64,000 bases of DNA, from contig JAUVXV010000002.1 in NCBI GenBank assembly GCA_030603365.1, forward strand, positions 128,001-192,000, written 5' to 3'. The notes beneath the pieces were generated by a model. That model saw nothing but the letters and a program-made list of their open reading frames with translations. It searched no databases and had not been told where the DNA came from. Position numbers and translations under genes: made by a program. Below, in pieces: positions 1-11,301 of the stretch. Every line of letters begins with the position of its first letter. Within the stretch, counting starts at the first letter, position 1. Source of the DNA: Candidatus Heimdallarchaeota archaeon. Its GTDB lineage: Archaea > Asgardarchaeota > Heimdallarchaeia > Heimdallarchaeales > Heimdallarchaeaceae.

Positions 1-402
1 AGCTCTGTTATAACCCATTCTTTCTTTTGAATGAATTAGTTGAATATTATCATATTTTGTTTGAATTTTTGAAATAATATTAGGCGTATTGTCAGTTGAA
101 TCATCTATAACAAAAATTTCAATTCTTGATGGATAATCAATATTCAAAATCGACGATAATTTAGTTTCAATTACTTTTTCCTCATTATGTGTTGGGATTA
201 CAATTGTTATTGGTACATACTGAGTACCTGCAAATTCAGTTTCTGAAGATAATGATTTTCTTGTATTTGATGATTTCACATACACAAAGAGATTGCCTAT
301 TATCAAACTAACAAAATAAAAGAAAATGGGCATGAATGGAACAAATGTTACTATTAGAAATATCAAATCAAGATGTAACATTGGAAACATAAATGTGCCC
401 AT
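1..402 (-). CDS. Glycosyltransferase family 2 (cellulose-synthase-like); 5' part only, runs off the window
   Basis: Not in the ORF track; translated by hand from ATG at 402: MGTFMFPMLHLDLIFLIVTFVPFMPIFFYFVSLIIG...PITIVIPTHNEEKVIETKLSSILNIDYPSRIEIFVIDDSTDNT. N-terminal TM followed by GT2 motifs (IPxxNEE, VIDDSTD). Confidence 0.9.
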   Translation of the reverse strand, partial: MGTFMFPMLHLDLIFLIVTFVPFMPIFFYFVSLIIGNLFVYVKSSNTRKSLSSETEFAGTQYVPITIVIPTHNEEKVIETKLSSILNIDYPSRIEIFVIDDSTDNTPNIISKIQTKYDNIQLIHSKERMGYNRA

Positions 403-647
403 GCTTTAAAATTTTTCTCCTATTTCATTTAAGAAGAATTTTCTAATGCCCTTATTGAATCATCTAGAATGAAAAATTCAATCATTTAAATAAACTAAAT
501 ATAATTCATATGAAAGTAAAGATGTGTTTTACATTGCAAAAGATTATTAATTAAGTATTTAGTTGAAATTGTTGAAGAAAAACTGATAAGACACATCTAA
601 ATTGGAAACTCAACTGTAAATTCAACAAAGTTATTTAAAAAATCAAG

Positions 648-2807
648 ATGAGAGAAATGTTTAACAAAGAATCTTCCAAAAAAATCATAGCAAGTCTTGT
701 CCCCTTTGTTCTTGGGTTAATTCTTGTATTGCTTTTTGTCCTCAAATCTCTTAATCCTTTAATCTGGGGGTTAATTGGAAGTTTATTTGTTTTTTCATGT
801 ATAGTTTCTATATGGGTTAATAATCAAAATTTTTTATCTCTAATAGTAATATTTGTTTATCAAATTGTTCTGAAGATTCCATTACACTTCAAAAATCTAT
901 TATATGTTTTTCAACCTGATGAAGCTTATCATTTAGGTTATTCAATGATACTTTCTTTTAATCAACAGTCATTACCAGTTGAAAGGATGATAGGATATAC
1001 TCCTTTTCCAATTCTAGATTTGATAGTTTCTAAATTGATATTAGCGATTGGTTTCTCAAATACTATAATTGCTGTAAAAATTGTAAATTCAATTTTGGTG
1101 GGACTTATCACAGTTTATCTAGCAGATAAAACCTTTCAAATTGTTTTTCGAGAAAAAAAGAGATTAGCTACATTTATTTTCGCATCTTGCTATAAGTTTC
1201 TCTTTTTTTCTTCACTCTATGTTTATGAAGCTCTCACTTTCATGTTGTTTGTTTTTGCAACTTATATCATAGTGTCATTGTATTGTTCAAAAGGTTCTAT
1301 AAAGCATTTTAAACTAAAAAAAACGTTTAAATATCTTGCTTTAATAGCTGTTTTTTCTTTATTAGGATTTTGGCACTATTTTTCCTACTTTCTTGGTTTT
1401 TTCTTAATTATATTGTTTTTCATCACGCAAAAAGAAACATTGAAGCTTGGAGATCAAACTAGAAGGAGAAGCTTAAAAAGTAAAATTCTGAATAATCTTT
1501 CTGTTATATGTATAACATTAATTTTGATAATCGCATTAAATATATGGGTGATGATAAGCAGTAAAGCAAGAGGGCAAGTAGGAAATTATTTCTATTCTTC
1601 GTTATCAAGTTTAAAAATTATTGAAGTATTAGGGGATTTAATATCACCTTATTCAAGAACGTTTTTGATAGTTATCGAAGCAAGTTTATTATTATTCATT
1701 TTTGTCGTAGGTGTTATTATAAAAAAATTAATAACAATTATTGCCAGAAATAAAGATAGTCTAACTTCAGTTTTGAATGTCAAAATATATCTGTTATTTT
1801 CAACAATCGCCATAGGTATAAGTTCAGCAATTTATATAGGATATTCAAAAAACATAGTTGGAGGATTAAACACAACTCAAAATCTCGGAATACTTAGTTA
1901 TCTAGCAATTCTTGGGTTATTGTTTTTCGTTTTCAATGTTTTGATATATCCCCTAATTGCAAGAAAAGGAAATATTCTTCTTAATTCGTTTTATATATTA
2001 TTTACACAATTAACTCTTATTTTTGCGTATTTAATTGTAAAAGATATCTACAATAGAATTTCTCAGATTGAAGGGACAGATACATTTTCTAGCACAATTC
2101 GTATAATCAATGAATTAAGTTATAGATTAATACCTTATATTATCTTTTTTGGTTGTATGTTTTTTATGTTTTATGAGAAATATTTTGTTAGATTATCAGA
2201 ATATATTAGAAAAATCTCTGTACATATTAGTACTTATGTTTTTAGAAAATTAAAAATAAAGAATAATGGAAAACGTAGAGTTTTTAATTTCAAAAAACTT
2301 GCATCAACAAGAAATTTGACTGTCATTTTTATATTTTTATTTTCTATTCAATCTATAGCATTCTCACCTTGGCAAATCTATCATTCAGAACTGAATTTAC
2401 CAGAAGATGACTTATATTTAGTTTCAAAATGGTTACGTTATAATTTAGATCAAACAACTGAATTTATTTTCGTTGAATATATGTATAGATCAATTGCAGC
2501 ATATTCGTTCTTAAATGTTCCAAATCTGGAAGAAAAAGCAGCAGATATTATACTGGGAATGTACTATCAAAGGGATTTAGAGTTAGTAATAAACATTCTG
2601 AGTAATTTCAGTTGCTTCTACTTTATATTTGATTTAGTAGGACTAGATGCTGAATTTATGACAAAAATTGCAAGAGATAAATACTTAATTTCATTTTACA
2701 ATATTGATCCAGAAGTTTTAGAATGTTATAATGATAGTATTCCAGTGAATGAAGAAATACTCACTGTATTTAGTACTGATACTCTACTAGTTTTAAAAAT
2801 CATATAG
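648..2807 (+). CDS. Polytopic membrane protein, probable GT-C fold glycosyltransferase or polymerase
   Basis: Many TM segments, acidic PDEAYH loop after the first TMs, C-terminal soluble domain (DDLYLVSKWLRYN), located in a glycan cluster. Confidence 0.55.
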   Translation: MREMFNKESSKKIIASLVPFVLGLILVLLFVLKSLNPLIWGLIGSLFVFSCIVSIWVNNQNFLSLIVIFVYQIVLKIPLHFKNLLYVFQPDEAYHLGYSMILSFNQQSLPVERMIGYTPFPILDLIVSKLILAIGFSNTIIAVKIVNSILVGLITVYLADKTFQIVFREKKRLATFIFASCYKFLFFSSLYVYEALTFMLFVFATYIIVSLYCSKGSIKHFKLKKTFKYLALIAVFSLLGFWHYFSYFLGFFLIILFFITQKETLKLGDQTRRRSLKSKILNNLSVICITLILIIALNIWVMISSKARGQVGNYFYSSLSSLKIIEVLGDLISPYSRTFLIVIEASLLLFIFVVGVIIKKLITIIARNKDSLTSVLNVKIYLLFSTIAIGISSAIYIGYSKNIVGGLNTTQNLGILSYLAILGLLFFVFNVLIYPLIARKGNILLNSFYILFTQLTLIFAYLIVKDIYNRISQIEGTDTFSSTIRIINELSYRLIPYIIFFGCMFFMFYEKYFVRLSEYIRKISVHISTYVFRKLKIKNNGKRRVFNFKKLASTRNLTVIFIFLFSIQSIAFSPWQIYHSELNLPEDDLYLVSKWLRYNLDQTTEFIFVEYMYRSIAAYSFLNVPNLEEKAADIILGMYYQRDLELVINILSNFSCFYFIFDLVGLDAEFMTKIARDKYLISFYNIDPEVLECYNDSIPVNEEILTVFSTDTLLVLKII

Positions 2808-2826
2808 ATTGTTATTTACTGACACC

Positions 2827-3984
2827 TCATTCTCTAATATTCATATTTACCAATGATTCAAACCATTTTAATAATCTCTCAATACCCTCCTCAAATGAGT
2901 AGATAACATAATCTATCTTTTTTATTTTAGAATCATACATTTCCAAAATAATATCTGCTAGTTCTCTTTCATTACCTGCATTAAAAAATTTTGCATATCC
3001 TGTGAATTGCTCAACAGCAGAACCAACTCTAGATGCAATAATTGGAAGATTATAATGTGCTGCTTCTATCAGAGTGAGTTGACATCCCTCTGAAAAGCTA
3101 GCACTTAGGAGAGCAGAGCTTCTATTGTATAGCATGGTTATCGTTTTATTTTCTACATAGCCTAACCATTTAATTTGTTCCTGTATCTTATATTCTCTAA
3201 TTCTTTTTTTAATCTTATTTGTATAAAATTTTCCAAAGAAAGGCATTTCACTACCTGCTATAAGTAGCTTAATGTTCTTATTGTTTGCAATTTTCAATGC
3301 TTCTATAATTGTATGAATACCTTTAGTGTAATAAAGTGATCCAACAAAAAGTAGAAGAAAGTCTCTATCTTTTAATTGATGTGAATTCTGATATATCTTC
3401 CATTCTTCTTCATTGCTCAAATATTCTTTGTAATTACTGAATAAACCATAAGGCAAGGTAAAAATTTTTTCAGCTGAAACTCCTAAATGTATTAAACTTT
3501 TAGTCATGTTCTCTGATATAGAGAGATAGAAGTATCGTTCTTTAATAACTTTTTTCTTAAAGTATTGAATTGTTTTATACCAGACTCTAAAAAGAAGGGA
3601 AATTGAAAAAGGAGATAGATCGTCTTTAATATAAAATCCTGGTTCGTCATGAAATAATATAATGGTCTTGATGTTCTTGGGTGTTGGTAAAGCATAACCA
3701 GAATAAACTGAAGATAGTATTAAATCAGGTTTAATTTTTCTACAAACTTTTCTAAGTTTTTTTTTTCCAAAGATTCTATAGAAAACATATTCAAAAAATG
3801 GAATTTTAAAACTGTAGGTAGGATTGAAAAAGATTTCACCTATACCATCAAATGTTTTATCATCAGTTATTGAAAAAAGATCTATTTTTGTTTCAAAATG
3901 CAACTTTATTAGTTTTGAAATTCTTTCAGCGCCATATTTCGGAGACCCCAATCCTCTAGAAACATACAATACTCTCATAAACAT
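2827..3984 (-). CDS. Glycosyltransferase family 4
   Basis: FVGSLYYTKG and SFSEGCQLTLIEAAHYNLPIIAS (E-x7-E) GT-B motifs. Confidence 0.92.
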   Translation of the reverse strand: MFMRVLYVSRGLGSPKYGAERISKLIKLHFETKIDLFSITDDKTFDGIGEIFFNPTYSFKIPFFEYVFYRIFGKKKLRKVCRKIKPDLILSSVYSGYALPTPKNIKTIILFHDEPGFYIKDDLSPFSISLLFRVWYKTIQYFKKKVIKERYFYLSISENMTKSLIHLGVSAEKIFTLPYGLFSNYKEYLSNEEEWKIYQNSHQLKDRDFLLLFVGSLYYTKGIHTIIEALKIANNKNIKLLIAGSEMPFFGKFYTNKIKKRIREYKIQEQIKWLGYVENKTITMLYNRSSALLSASFSEGCQLTLIEAAHYNLPIIASRVGSAVEQFTGYAKFFNAGNERELADIILEMYDSKIKKIDYVIYSFEEGIERLLKWFESLVNMNIRE

Positions 3985-4028
3985 CCCTTTAGATTTTCAT
4001 TTAATAAAAATGTTGTTATGGATTTATA

Positions 4029-5153
4029 CTAATCTAGCAATCTCATAAATATGTCATCAGAGAGAAAGTAGTTTACAACATTTTCCATTGTAACTGAAAT
4101 AGGGTATTGAGGTTTGTATCCTAATTCTTTTTTAGCTTTTGAATAATCACAAACTAATATATTTACCTCTGTTGGTCTGTATCGCGATTTGTCGATTTCA
4201 AGACGATAGTCAATATCAAATAATGAAGCTGTAAGTTTAGCAAGATTTTCAATTGATATTCCATATCCATGACCTAGATTGTATACTTCACCCTTTGTGC
4301 CATTTAATATTGCTAATATGTATCCTTGAATCATATCTCGAATGTCTGTAAAATCTCTTATTGGTTTAGGGTTACCAATTCTAATAATTCTAGTTCCTTT
4401 CTTAATTGCTCCTGCCACTTGGCTAGCAATAACAGATGTCACGAATTGTAAACCTCTTTTTGGACCTGTATGGTTAAAACCTCTTGTTATTGTAACTGGT
4501 ACACCATATGCTCTAAAGTAAGTGAGTGAATACATTTCTGTAGCGACTTTACTAACTGCGTACGGTGATTGAGGTCTTAATGGATTGTTTTCATTAATTG
4601 GTATTTCATGTGGATGAACTAGTCCATATTCTTCACTACTACAAGCAACTTGCATGCATTGAAGATCAATGTTTTTTTTTCGTATTACTTCTAGTAAATT
4701 GACAGTTCCCTGAATGTTTGTGTGAATTGATTCAATTGGAGCTTTAAAGGATGTTGGGACAAAAGATTGAGCTGCTAAATGAAAAATATAATTTGGTTCT
4801 ATTTCAGTAATAGCTGATTCAAGAGAAGGGTAATCTATTAAATTTGCTTCTTTTAATATCACCTGATCTGTTATATTTCTTATATTTGGAAAAATTGGGA
4901 CAGATTGCCTTCTTACAGTACCGTAAACCTCTATATTCTCATCTAGTTCAACCAGTTTTTCAGCTAAATGACTTCCAACAAAACCAGTTATCCCAGTTAT
5001 TAAGATTCTTGAATCTGCCAATTTATTCCTATCGAAAAGCTCCTTTTTTTCCTTATCAAATTCTTGTAGATATATATCTATACAATCAGGATTTATTAAC
5101 AAATCTTTATATTTTTCATTAATCTCCTCAAAGAACTTATCTTCATTATTCAT
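4029..5153 (-). CDS. gmd: GDP-mannose 4,6-dehydratase-like SDR (Gmd/Rmd group)
   Basis: ITGITGFVG, HLAAQSFV, SSEEYG, YAVSK; adjacent to fcl. FNHTGP is Rmd-like rather than the canonical Gmd FNHESP. Confidence 0.75.
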   Translation of the reverse strand: MNNEDKFFEEINEKYKDLLINPDCIDIYLQEFDKEKKELFDRNKLADSRILITGITGFVGSHLAEKLVELDENIEVYGTVRRQSVPIFPNIRNITDQVILKEANLIDYPSLESAITEIEPNYIFHLAAQSFVPTSFKAPIESIHTNIQGTVNLLEVIRKKNIDLQCMQVACSSEEYGLVHPHEIPINENNPLRPQSPYAVSKVATEMYSLTYFRAYGVPVTITRGFNHTGPKRGLQFVTSVIASQVAGAIKKGTRIIRIGNPKPIRDFTDIRDMIQGYILAILNGTKGEVYNLGHGYGISIENLAKLTASLFDIDYRLEIDKSRYRPTEVNILVCDYSKAKKELGYKPQYPISVTMENVVNYFLSDDIFMRLLD

Positions 5154-5247
5154 GTTTTTCGAATGTTTATCTTGTTATAAATATCTTTTGAAAAATATTG
5201 AATTATTACTCTAAAATGAGTATAGGAGATACTTCAAGTTTTTCTTA

Positions 5248-6195
5248 TTATTTTGTTTCAGATTTGTTGTTCAAATACCATTCATATGTTTTGACTATAC
5301 CTTCTTTCAAGGTTGTTTTTGCCTGCCACCCTAGGTTATTAATTTTGGTTATATCTAAAAGCTTCCTTGGAGTTCCATCAGGTATTGAAGTGTCATATGT
5401 TATATCACCTTCATAGCCAATAATACTTTTAATCAGAATTGCTAGTTCTTTTATTGATATGTCTTTTCCTACTCCTATATTTATCAATTCGGATGAAGAA
5501 TAATTGTCTATTAAAAATATACAAGCTTCTGCTAAATCATTTATGTAAAGGAATTCTCTTTTTGCTGAACCTGTCCCCCACAATTCAACAGATGGAATCT
5601 GGTTCTCTTTTGCTTCATGTATTTTCCTTATTAATGCAGGTAATACATGAGAAGTTTTTAGATCAAAATTATCTCTAGGACCATAAAGATTAGTTGGCAT
5701 TGCTGAGATGAAATTTGTTTCATATTGTTTATTATAAAACTGGCACATTTTAATACCTGCTATTTTCGCAATTGCATAAGCTTCATTTGTAGGCTCCAAC
5801 GAACCAGTAAGCAGATACTCTTCTTTTATTGGTTGTTCTGCGAATTTTGGATAAATGCAAGAGCTTCCTAAGAAAAGAAGTTTATTTGAAGAAAATTTGT
5901 ACGCAGAATCAATAATGTTTGATTGAATCATTATGTTATCATAAATAAATTCTGCAGGAAACGTTTTATTAGCAAGTATCCCTCCAACTTTCGCTGCGGC
6001 TAAAACAACATAACTAGGTTTTTCACTTCTAAAAAATTCAATTACTTTGTTTTGATTTCTGAGATCTAAATCCTTACTAGTTCTAGTGATTATATTTGTA
6101 AAACCTTTTTCTAATAACTTTTTTTGTATTGATGAACCAACCAGTCCATTATGCCCAGCTATGTAAATTGAGTCTTCTTTTTTCATGTATAACAC
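5248..6195 (-). CDS. fcl: GDP-L-fucose synthase
   Basis: AGHNGLVGS, AAAKVGGI, LGSSCIYP, YAIAK, MPTNLYGP, WGTGSAKREF, PDGTPRK. Confidence 0.96.
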   Translation of the reverse strand: MLYMKKEDSIYIAGHNGLVGSSIQKKLLEKGFTNIITRTSKDLDLRNQNKVIEFFRSEKPSYVVLAAAKVGGILANKTFPAEFIYDNIMIQSNIIDSAYKFSSNKLLFLGSSCIYPKFAEQPIKEEYLLTGSLEPTNEAYAIAKIAGIKMCQFYNKQYETNFISAMPTNLYGPRDNFDLKTSHVLPALIRKIHEAKENQIPSVELWGTGSAKREFLYINDLAEACIFLIDNYSSSELINIGVGKDISIKELAILIKSIIGYEGDITYDTSIPDGTPRKLLDITKINNLGWQAKTTLKEGIVKTYEWYLNNKSETK

Positions 6196-6228
6196 TACGT
6201 TTCTGCTTTATAATATTAGATTTAATCT

Positions 6229-7584
6229 TTATTCAATTTTTCTATCTCTGTATTTCAATCTACCTTTCTTAATGGAAAGAACAATACATATTCCAGAGAG
6301 AATTAAAGTAGATATGAACCAAGAGAAATTCACAGAAATTAAGTTAAATATAGGTTTGAAGATAAAAATACTTGCAAAATACAATCCAGTTTGTAGTGCA
6401 AACAGTATTTGAAGTAATCCTCTTTCGTTTCTTTGTCGTAATGCTGATATGTATATGAGAAATAGAGAGAGAGGATAAATTGATAACAAAATGAGTAGGA
6501 AAGACCAGAAATAGACCATAGAAAATTCTAAACCAAAAAGACCAATAATGAACTTCTGTAAAGCTAACAATGGAATAATTATTATTGTATCGATAATAAA
6601 TGCAAATTTAAATCTTGAGAGTAGCGTTTTAAGAGTTGTATCTCTTCTCTCTGTTATTAGAACAAAAGACAAAGAATTAGGAAACGAAGCTAACATACCC
6701 AGTATCGCCCAAGAGATATATATAAAAGCAGCATCTTCTGTATTGAAGAGTTTTATTACGATAGGGGTAGTTAGAAGCATTGGTAGAGATTGAATTAATG
6801 TTCCTGTATAATTATTAAATGAGAAAGAAACAAACTTCCGTAGTGAAATACTTTCTCCTTTCTGGGTTTGCGTTTCTGACTTTTCTCTCTTTTTGAATAT
6901 AATGAATAATAAAGTAGCTACAACACTGATTAGTTGAGAAGTTCCCCATACTATAAGCATACTTATTTCAGTATTATGAATATTAGAAAATACTATCAGA
7001 AAAATTCCAGAGAATAAAGACACAGTAAAAATGGCTTCCTTAATTAGCAGAAAATATGGGCTTTTTATCCCTACAAGTATATCATCAAATATAAGGAAAA
7101 GTGACACTATTATAGTAGTTAACAATGTCAAGAAAAACCAATTTGTTTTGCTTATATCTAATAGTTCTCTTAAGTAATTAAAAGTACTAACAAAAACTAA
7201 GGCTGCAATGAAATTAAGAGATAAAGGAATTAAGGAAATTGAGAACAATTGCTTTTTTCTAAAAGAATATAATGGAAATTTTAGAAACGCAGTTTGGATT
7301 CCAAACATCGCAAAAATAGCCCCTAATCTTAGAACAGAAACAACTGAGGACAATACTCCAACACCATCAGCCTCAAAAAAATACCCAATAACTATCCAAA
7401 AGATAAAAGCAATCGCACTACGAAATCCTATTGTAATAAAGCGAAGTATTGTTGCTTTATATACATCTTGTTTCCAATATTTATTGATATTATTAATAAC
7501 ATAATTCTGCATGAAACTCTTCAATTTTAAGCATCTTCCATTCGAAGTTACCATAAGAAATTTAAGTTTCGAATTTTCTTCCAA
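6229..7584 (-). CDS. Oligosaccharide flippase (Wzx/RfbX, MOP superfamily); true start may be about 7512-7554
   Basis: About 12 TM segments, polysaccharide-export pattern, glycan cluster context. Confidence 0.8.
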   Translation of the reverse strand: MEENSKLKFLMVTSNGRCLKLKSFMQNYVINNINKYWKQDVYKATILRFITIGFRSAIAFIFWIVIGYFFEADGVGVLSSVVSVLRLGAIFAMFGIQTAFLKFPLYSFRKKQLFSISLIPLSLNFIAALVFVSTFNYLRELLDISKTNWFFLTLLTTIIVSLFLIFDDILVGIKSPYFLLIKEAIFTVSLFSGIFLIVFSNIHNTEISMLIVWGTSQLISVVATLLFIIFKKREKSETQTQKGESISLRKFVSFSFNNYTGTLIQSLPMLLTTPIVIKLFNTEDAAFIYISWAILGMLASFPNSLSFVLITERRDTTLKTLLSRFKFAFIIDTIIIIPLLALQKFIIGLFGLEFSMVYFWSFLLILLSIYPLSLFLIYISALRQRNERGLLQILFALQTGLYFASIFIFKPIFNLISVNFSWFISTLILSGICIVLSIKKGRLKYRDRKIE

Positions 7585-8338
7585 ATTTCTTATAGTTCCA
7601 AGTTCTACCTACATGTTCTGTTTTACTTATAATCTTCTTATCTTCTCTAACATAAATCCACTTTTTCTGCGGGATTTGCCAATTATCACCATAATAATAT
7701 GCTAAATATTCTTCAGAATTTTGAGGAATAAGAAAATCCATATCATAGAATTTAGTATTCTCTAGACTTAGAAAATATTTACTTGGTGTAACTACCAATC
7801 CTCTTCTGTTACCTGTTTTACTAGCTAAAGTGTTTAAAAAAGAAGCTGTTTTTAGTTTCAAGAATTCAGGAATTAAATCTGTCATTTTTGATCCTATAAA
7901 TTTTATAATTTTCATAGATGAATTAAAAGTTTCTTTGTTAAGTTTTCCAGAATGAGAAAATAGCACTATCCAATTTAATGATGCAAGAACAAAGCCAATT
8001 TTATTTTCAATATATCTTAAAGGAGCAATTACTTCATCCTCTTTCAACCTCCAGAAGACAAGTTGAACATCAATTTCTCCTTTTCTAATCATCATCACAT
8101 TATGATAGACTGAAAAATAGGTTTCATACCCATGCTCACAAAATTCTTTATTCAGTTTTTTCATTTTAGGCATATAAGTATCCCAGGTTCCTAAATCTAT
8201 GTCATAATCCCACTTGATGAAAGCTCCTTCTCTAATAGCACCAAGCAGAGTTCCTGATTCTAACCAAAATTCAACTTCATTTGTTTCTAGAATTTTCTTG
8301 ATTAATTTCAGAGCTTCCACTGCGTCAAATTCTTCCAT
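7562..8338 (-). CDS. licD: LicD/fukutin-family nucleotidyl-activated phospho(no)transferase
   Basis: FWLESGTLLGAIREGAFIKWDYDIDLG and YLAYYYGDNWQIP motifs. Confidence 0.9.
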   Translation of the reverse strand: MEEFDAVEALKLIKKILETNEVEFWLESGTLLGAIREGAFIKWDYDIDLGTWDTYMPKMKKLNKEFCEHGYETYFSVYHNVMMIRKGEIDVQLVFWRLKEDEVIAPLRYIENKIGFVLASLNWIVLFSHSGKLNKETFNSSMKIIKFIGSKMTDLIPEFLKLKTASFLNTLASKTGNRRGLVVTPSKYFLSLENTKFYDMDFLIPQNSEEYLAYYYGDNWQIPQKKWIYVREDKKIISKTEHVGRTWNYKKFGRKFET

Positions 8339-8796
8339 TTATTTTCACTTAGTAGCGTATATACAAATTAAACAAATTTCAATTTATTTAATTATTATGG
8401 TATGGCGTGTCTATTTTTTTATATCTCTCGTATTTTAAAAAACAACTGCTTGTTTCTTTATATTTGATAGATTTTCTTCTAATCTTATTTTACAATTTTC
8501 TTTGACACCATTTCAAGTATAGGTGAGGGTTTTTCATGAGAAAGATGAAAAAACAGAAGTCTGAAGAAAAAGTTAAAAATGAATTTCAAGAATAAAAAGG
8601 GATACTTAAATATAAGAAAATGAGTGTTAAAAAAGAGATGTTTGTAATAGGTGTTATTTTAGAGAACTTCTGAACAAGTTTTATACTTAAATTAATATAT
8701 ATATATTTATGAGATATAATTAAGGAGAAATGAATCTATGTATTTTAAATTAATAGACTATCTAAGCTAAAATCATCTAGAATAAATGGTGGAACA

Positions 8797-9906
8797 ATGA
8801 ATATTGCATATTACATCTCATCTTTTGGATTAGGTCATACTTCTAGAGCAATACCCATTATCCAGAGATTGAAAGCTGAAAATAAGGTTTTTGTTAAATG
8901 CACTTCTTTGAGTATGAACTCTATTAGAGGTAATATACAAAATCAAGATAATCTATTTATTTTTAAGAAAATAAACGATTTATGGTTAAAATATAGATAT
9001 AGTGAACCATTAATTGAAGAAAGTATTGATGAAGCTTACACTTTCTATGAGAATTTGTATGAAAAAATAATTGATCAAGAGAAGAAATTCATTCAAAATA
9101 ATAAAATAGATCTGATTATATCAGATATTGCTCCTTTCCTAGATAAGGTTAGTAAAGAGAACAATATTCCTATTATTGGTATTAGTAACTTTGATTGGGG
9201 AGTGCTTTTCAATCATTTATATGAGAAATATCCATATAGAAAACTAGAAAGAATATCTCAAAGGCTCTCAGATTCTTTTGAATCATATGATCTTCAAATT
9301 GCTTTACCTCTTAATAAAAATCTACTAACTAATAAGAACAGAAAGAAGGTAGGATTTTACACAAAATTAGCAACTAGAAATAAACAAGAGATTTTCAAAT
9401 TACTAAACTTAAAAAATGATTTAATGACGGTTTTCCTTTCTTTAGGAATGTCTATAGATTTGCCATTGGAGACATTTAAAGAAATATTTCTGGAAACTGA
9501 TTATCAAATAGTTGCATCAAATAGAAACAAAATAAAAAATCAATCAAATTTTAAGTTTGTTCCTAAAGGTGATTTTAAAGTTCAAGACTATATTTCTGCA
9601 TCTGACATCTTTATAGGAAAACCAGGCTGGGGATCATTAAGCGAATGCTATTGTTTTTCAATTCCAGCGATTTTAATAGAATTTGGCGAGAATTTAGAAT
9701 GGCAGATTATGATTAATGAATATATCAATTTCAAACCAAATACTTCCAAAATATCTTTCTCTGAATTGAACAGAAAAAACTTAAATAGACTGATTGAAAA
9801 AGCACGAAATACAGAAGAAATAAAAATTGAAGAAAAGTATTCAAAGGCATTGAAAATAAGTAACAAGACTCTTAATGAGATATATAACATAATAAGTGAA
9901 TTTTAG
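8797..9906 (+). CDS. GT-B fold glycosyltransferase-like protein (GT1/GT28-related, similar to arabinokinase N-domain)
   Basis: GLGHTSRA, SDIAP, SNFDW, KPGWGSLSE motifs; first gene upstream of the phosphonate operon. Confidence 0.65.
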   Translation: MNIAYYISSFGLGHTSRAIPIIQRLKAENKVFVKCTSLSMNSIRGNIQNQDNLFIFKKINDLWLKYRYSEPLIEESIDEAYTFYENLYEKIIDQEKKFIQNNKIDLIISDIAPFLDKVSKENNIPIIGISNFDWGVLFNHLYEKYPYRKLERISQRLSDSFESYDLQIALPLNKNLLTNKNRKKVGFYTKLATRNKQEIFKLLNLKNDLMTVFLSLGMSIDLPLETFKEIFLETDYQIVASNRNKIKNQSNFKFVPKGDFKVQDYISASDIFIGKPGWGSLSECYCFSIPAILIEFGENLEWQIMINEYINFKPNTSKISFSELNRKNLNRLIEKARNTEEIKIEEKYSKALKISNKTLNEIYNIISEF

Positions 9907-9999
9907 ATTCAGAAAATTCTATAATAAGTTTAGGATTTATATACCAAGGTTCTAAAGATACTCTTTTAATATCTGCATCAAATTTTTATATGATTTAAA

Positions 10000-11301
10000 A
10001 TGTCAACTGTTTATGTAGCTTTGAGTGCAGATTTTATTCATGCTGGACATATTAATATCCTGAAGACAGCAAGAGAACTAGGTGATGTAATTATAGGTTT
10101 GTTAACTGATGAAGCTATTGCAACATACAAACGATTACCAGTTTTAGATTATGATCAAAGGAAAATGTTAGTGGAAAATATAATAGGTGTATCTAAAGTT
10201 ATACCTCAAGAAACGTTAGATTATACAGAAAACCTAAGAGAAATCAAACCAGATTATGTTGTTCATGGTACTGATTGGAGAACTGGAGTACAAAAAATAA
10301 CCAGAGAAAGAGTAATAGAAATCTTGAAAGAGTGGGGAGGGAAGCTTATAGAACCAGAATATACTGAGAATTTATCTTCATCAGATTTAATACGAGATAA
10401 ATTTGGAATTGGGACTACTCCTGATGCTAGAATGAAGAAATTAAGAAGATTAATCAATCTCAAACCTTTAGTGAGAATTATAGAAGTTCACAATGGATTA
10501 ACTGGAAGAATAGTGGAAGAAGTTAAGATTACAGAAGGCGAAACTATTCGAGAATTTGATGGAATGTGGATAAGTAGTTTAACTGATTCCACTGCAAAAG
10601 GAAAACCAGATACCGAGTACGTAGACATTACATCAAGATTACAGACGATAAATGAAATTTTTGATGTAACAACAAAACCCCTTATTCTTGATGGAGATAC
10701 TGGTGGTTTACCTGAGCATTTCCATTTAACTGTAAGAACTCTTGAACGCTATGGAGTTTCAGCAGTTATCATTGAAGACAAAATTGGTCCAAAAAGAAAT
10801 TCATTATTTGGTGCAGATGTTCAACAAACACAAGATACAATTGATAATTTTAGCTTTAAGATAAATATAGGTAAAAAAGCTCAAATTACTGAAAGCTTTA
10901 TGATTATAGCAAGGATAGAGAGCTTCATACTTAAAAAGGGATTAGAAGATGCTTTGAAAAGAGCAAAAGCATATATTGAAGCTGGTGCAGACGGTATAAT
11001 GATTCATAGTAAAGAGAAGACTCCAAAAGAGATATTAGATTTCTGTGATGAATATTCAAAATTTGAAAAAAAAGTTCCTCTTGTCGCTGTTCCTTCAACT
11101 TTCAGTACAATAACTGAGGATGAGTTGATTGATGCTGGAGTAAAGATTGTAATTTATGCAAATCATCTACTACGTAGCGCATACCCTTCTATGATTAAGA
11201 CAGCTAAAAGTATTTTAATGAATCGTAGATGTCATGAAGCTTCTGAGGTAAATTGTATACCAATAAAAGAAATTATTAGATTAATACCAGGAGCAGAATA
11301 A
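10000..11301 (+). CDS. pepM: Phosphoenolpyruvate mutase with N-terminal cytidylyltransferase domain
   Basis: PepM signature EDKxxxxxNS ([10 protein letters not shown]), DGDTGG; N-terminal HxGH (HAGH) CTase domain. Confidence 0.97.
   Translation: MSTVYVALSADFIHAGHINILKTARELGDVIIGLLTDEAIATYKRLPVLDYDQRKMLVENIIGVSKVIPQETLDYTENLREIKPDYVVHGTDWRTGVQKITRERVIEILKEWGGKLIEPEYTENLSSSDLIRDKFGIGTTPDARMKKLRRLINLKPLVRIIEVHNGLTGRIVEEVKITEGETIREFDGMWISSLTDSTAKGKPDTEYVDITSRLQTINEIFDVTTKPLILDGDTGGLPEHFHLTVRTLERYGVSAVIIEDKIGPKRNSLFGADVQQTQDTIDNFSFKINIGKKAQITESFMIIARIESFILKKGLEDALKRAKAYIEAGADGIMIHSKEKTPKEILDFCDEYSKFEKKVPLVAVPSTFSTITEDELIDAGVKIVIYANHLLRSAYPSMIKTAKSILMNRRCHEASEVNCIPIKEIIRLIPGAE

Noticed and set aside
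8521-8673. SD-like AGGTGAGG followed by a 19-codon ORF (8536-8595, MRKMKKQKSEEKVKNEFQE) and an in-frame continuation
   Set aside because: Too short and low-complexity to support as a gene; it may be a remnant or chance in AT-rich DNA.
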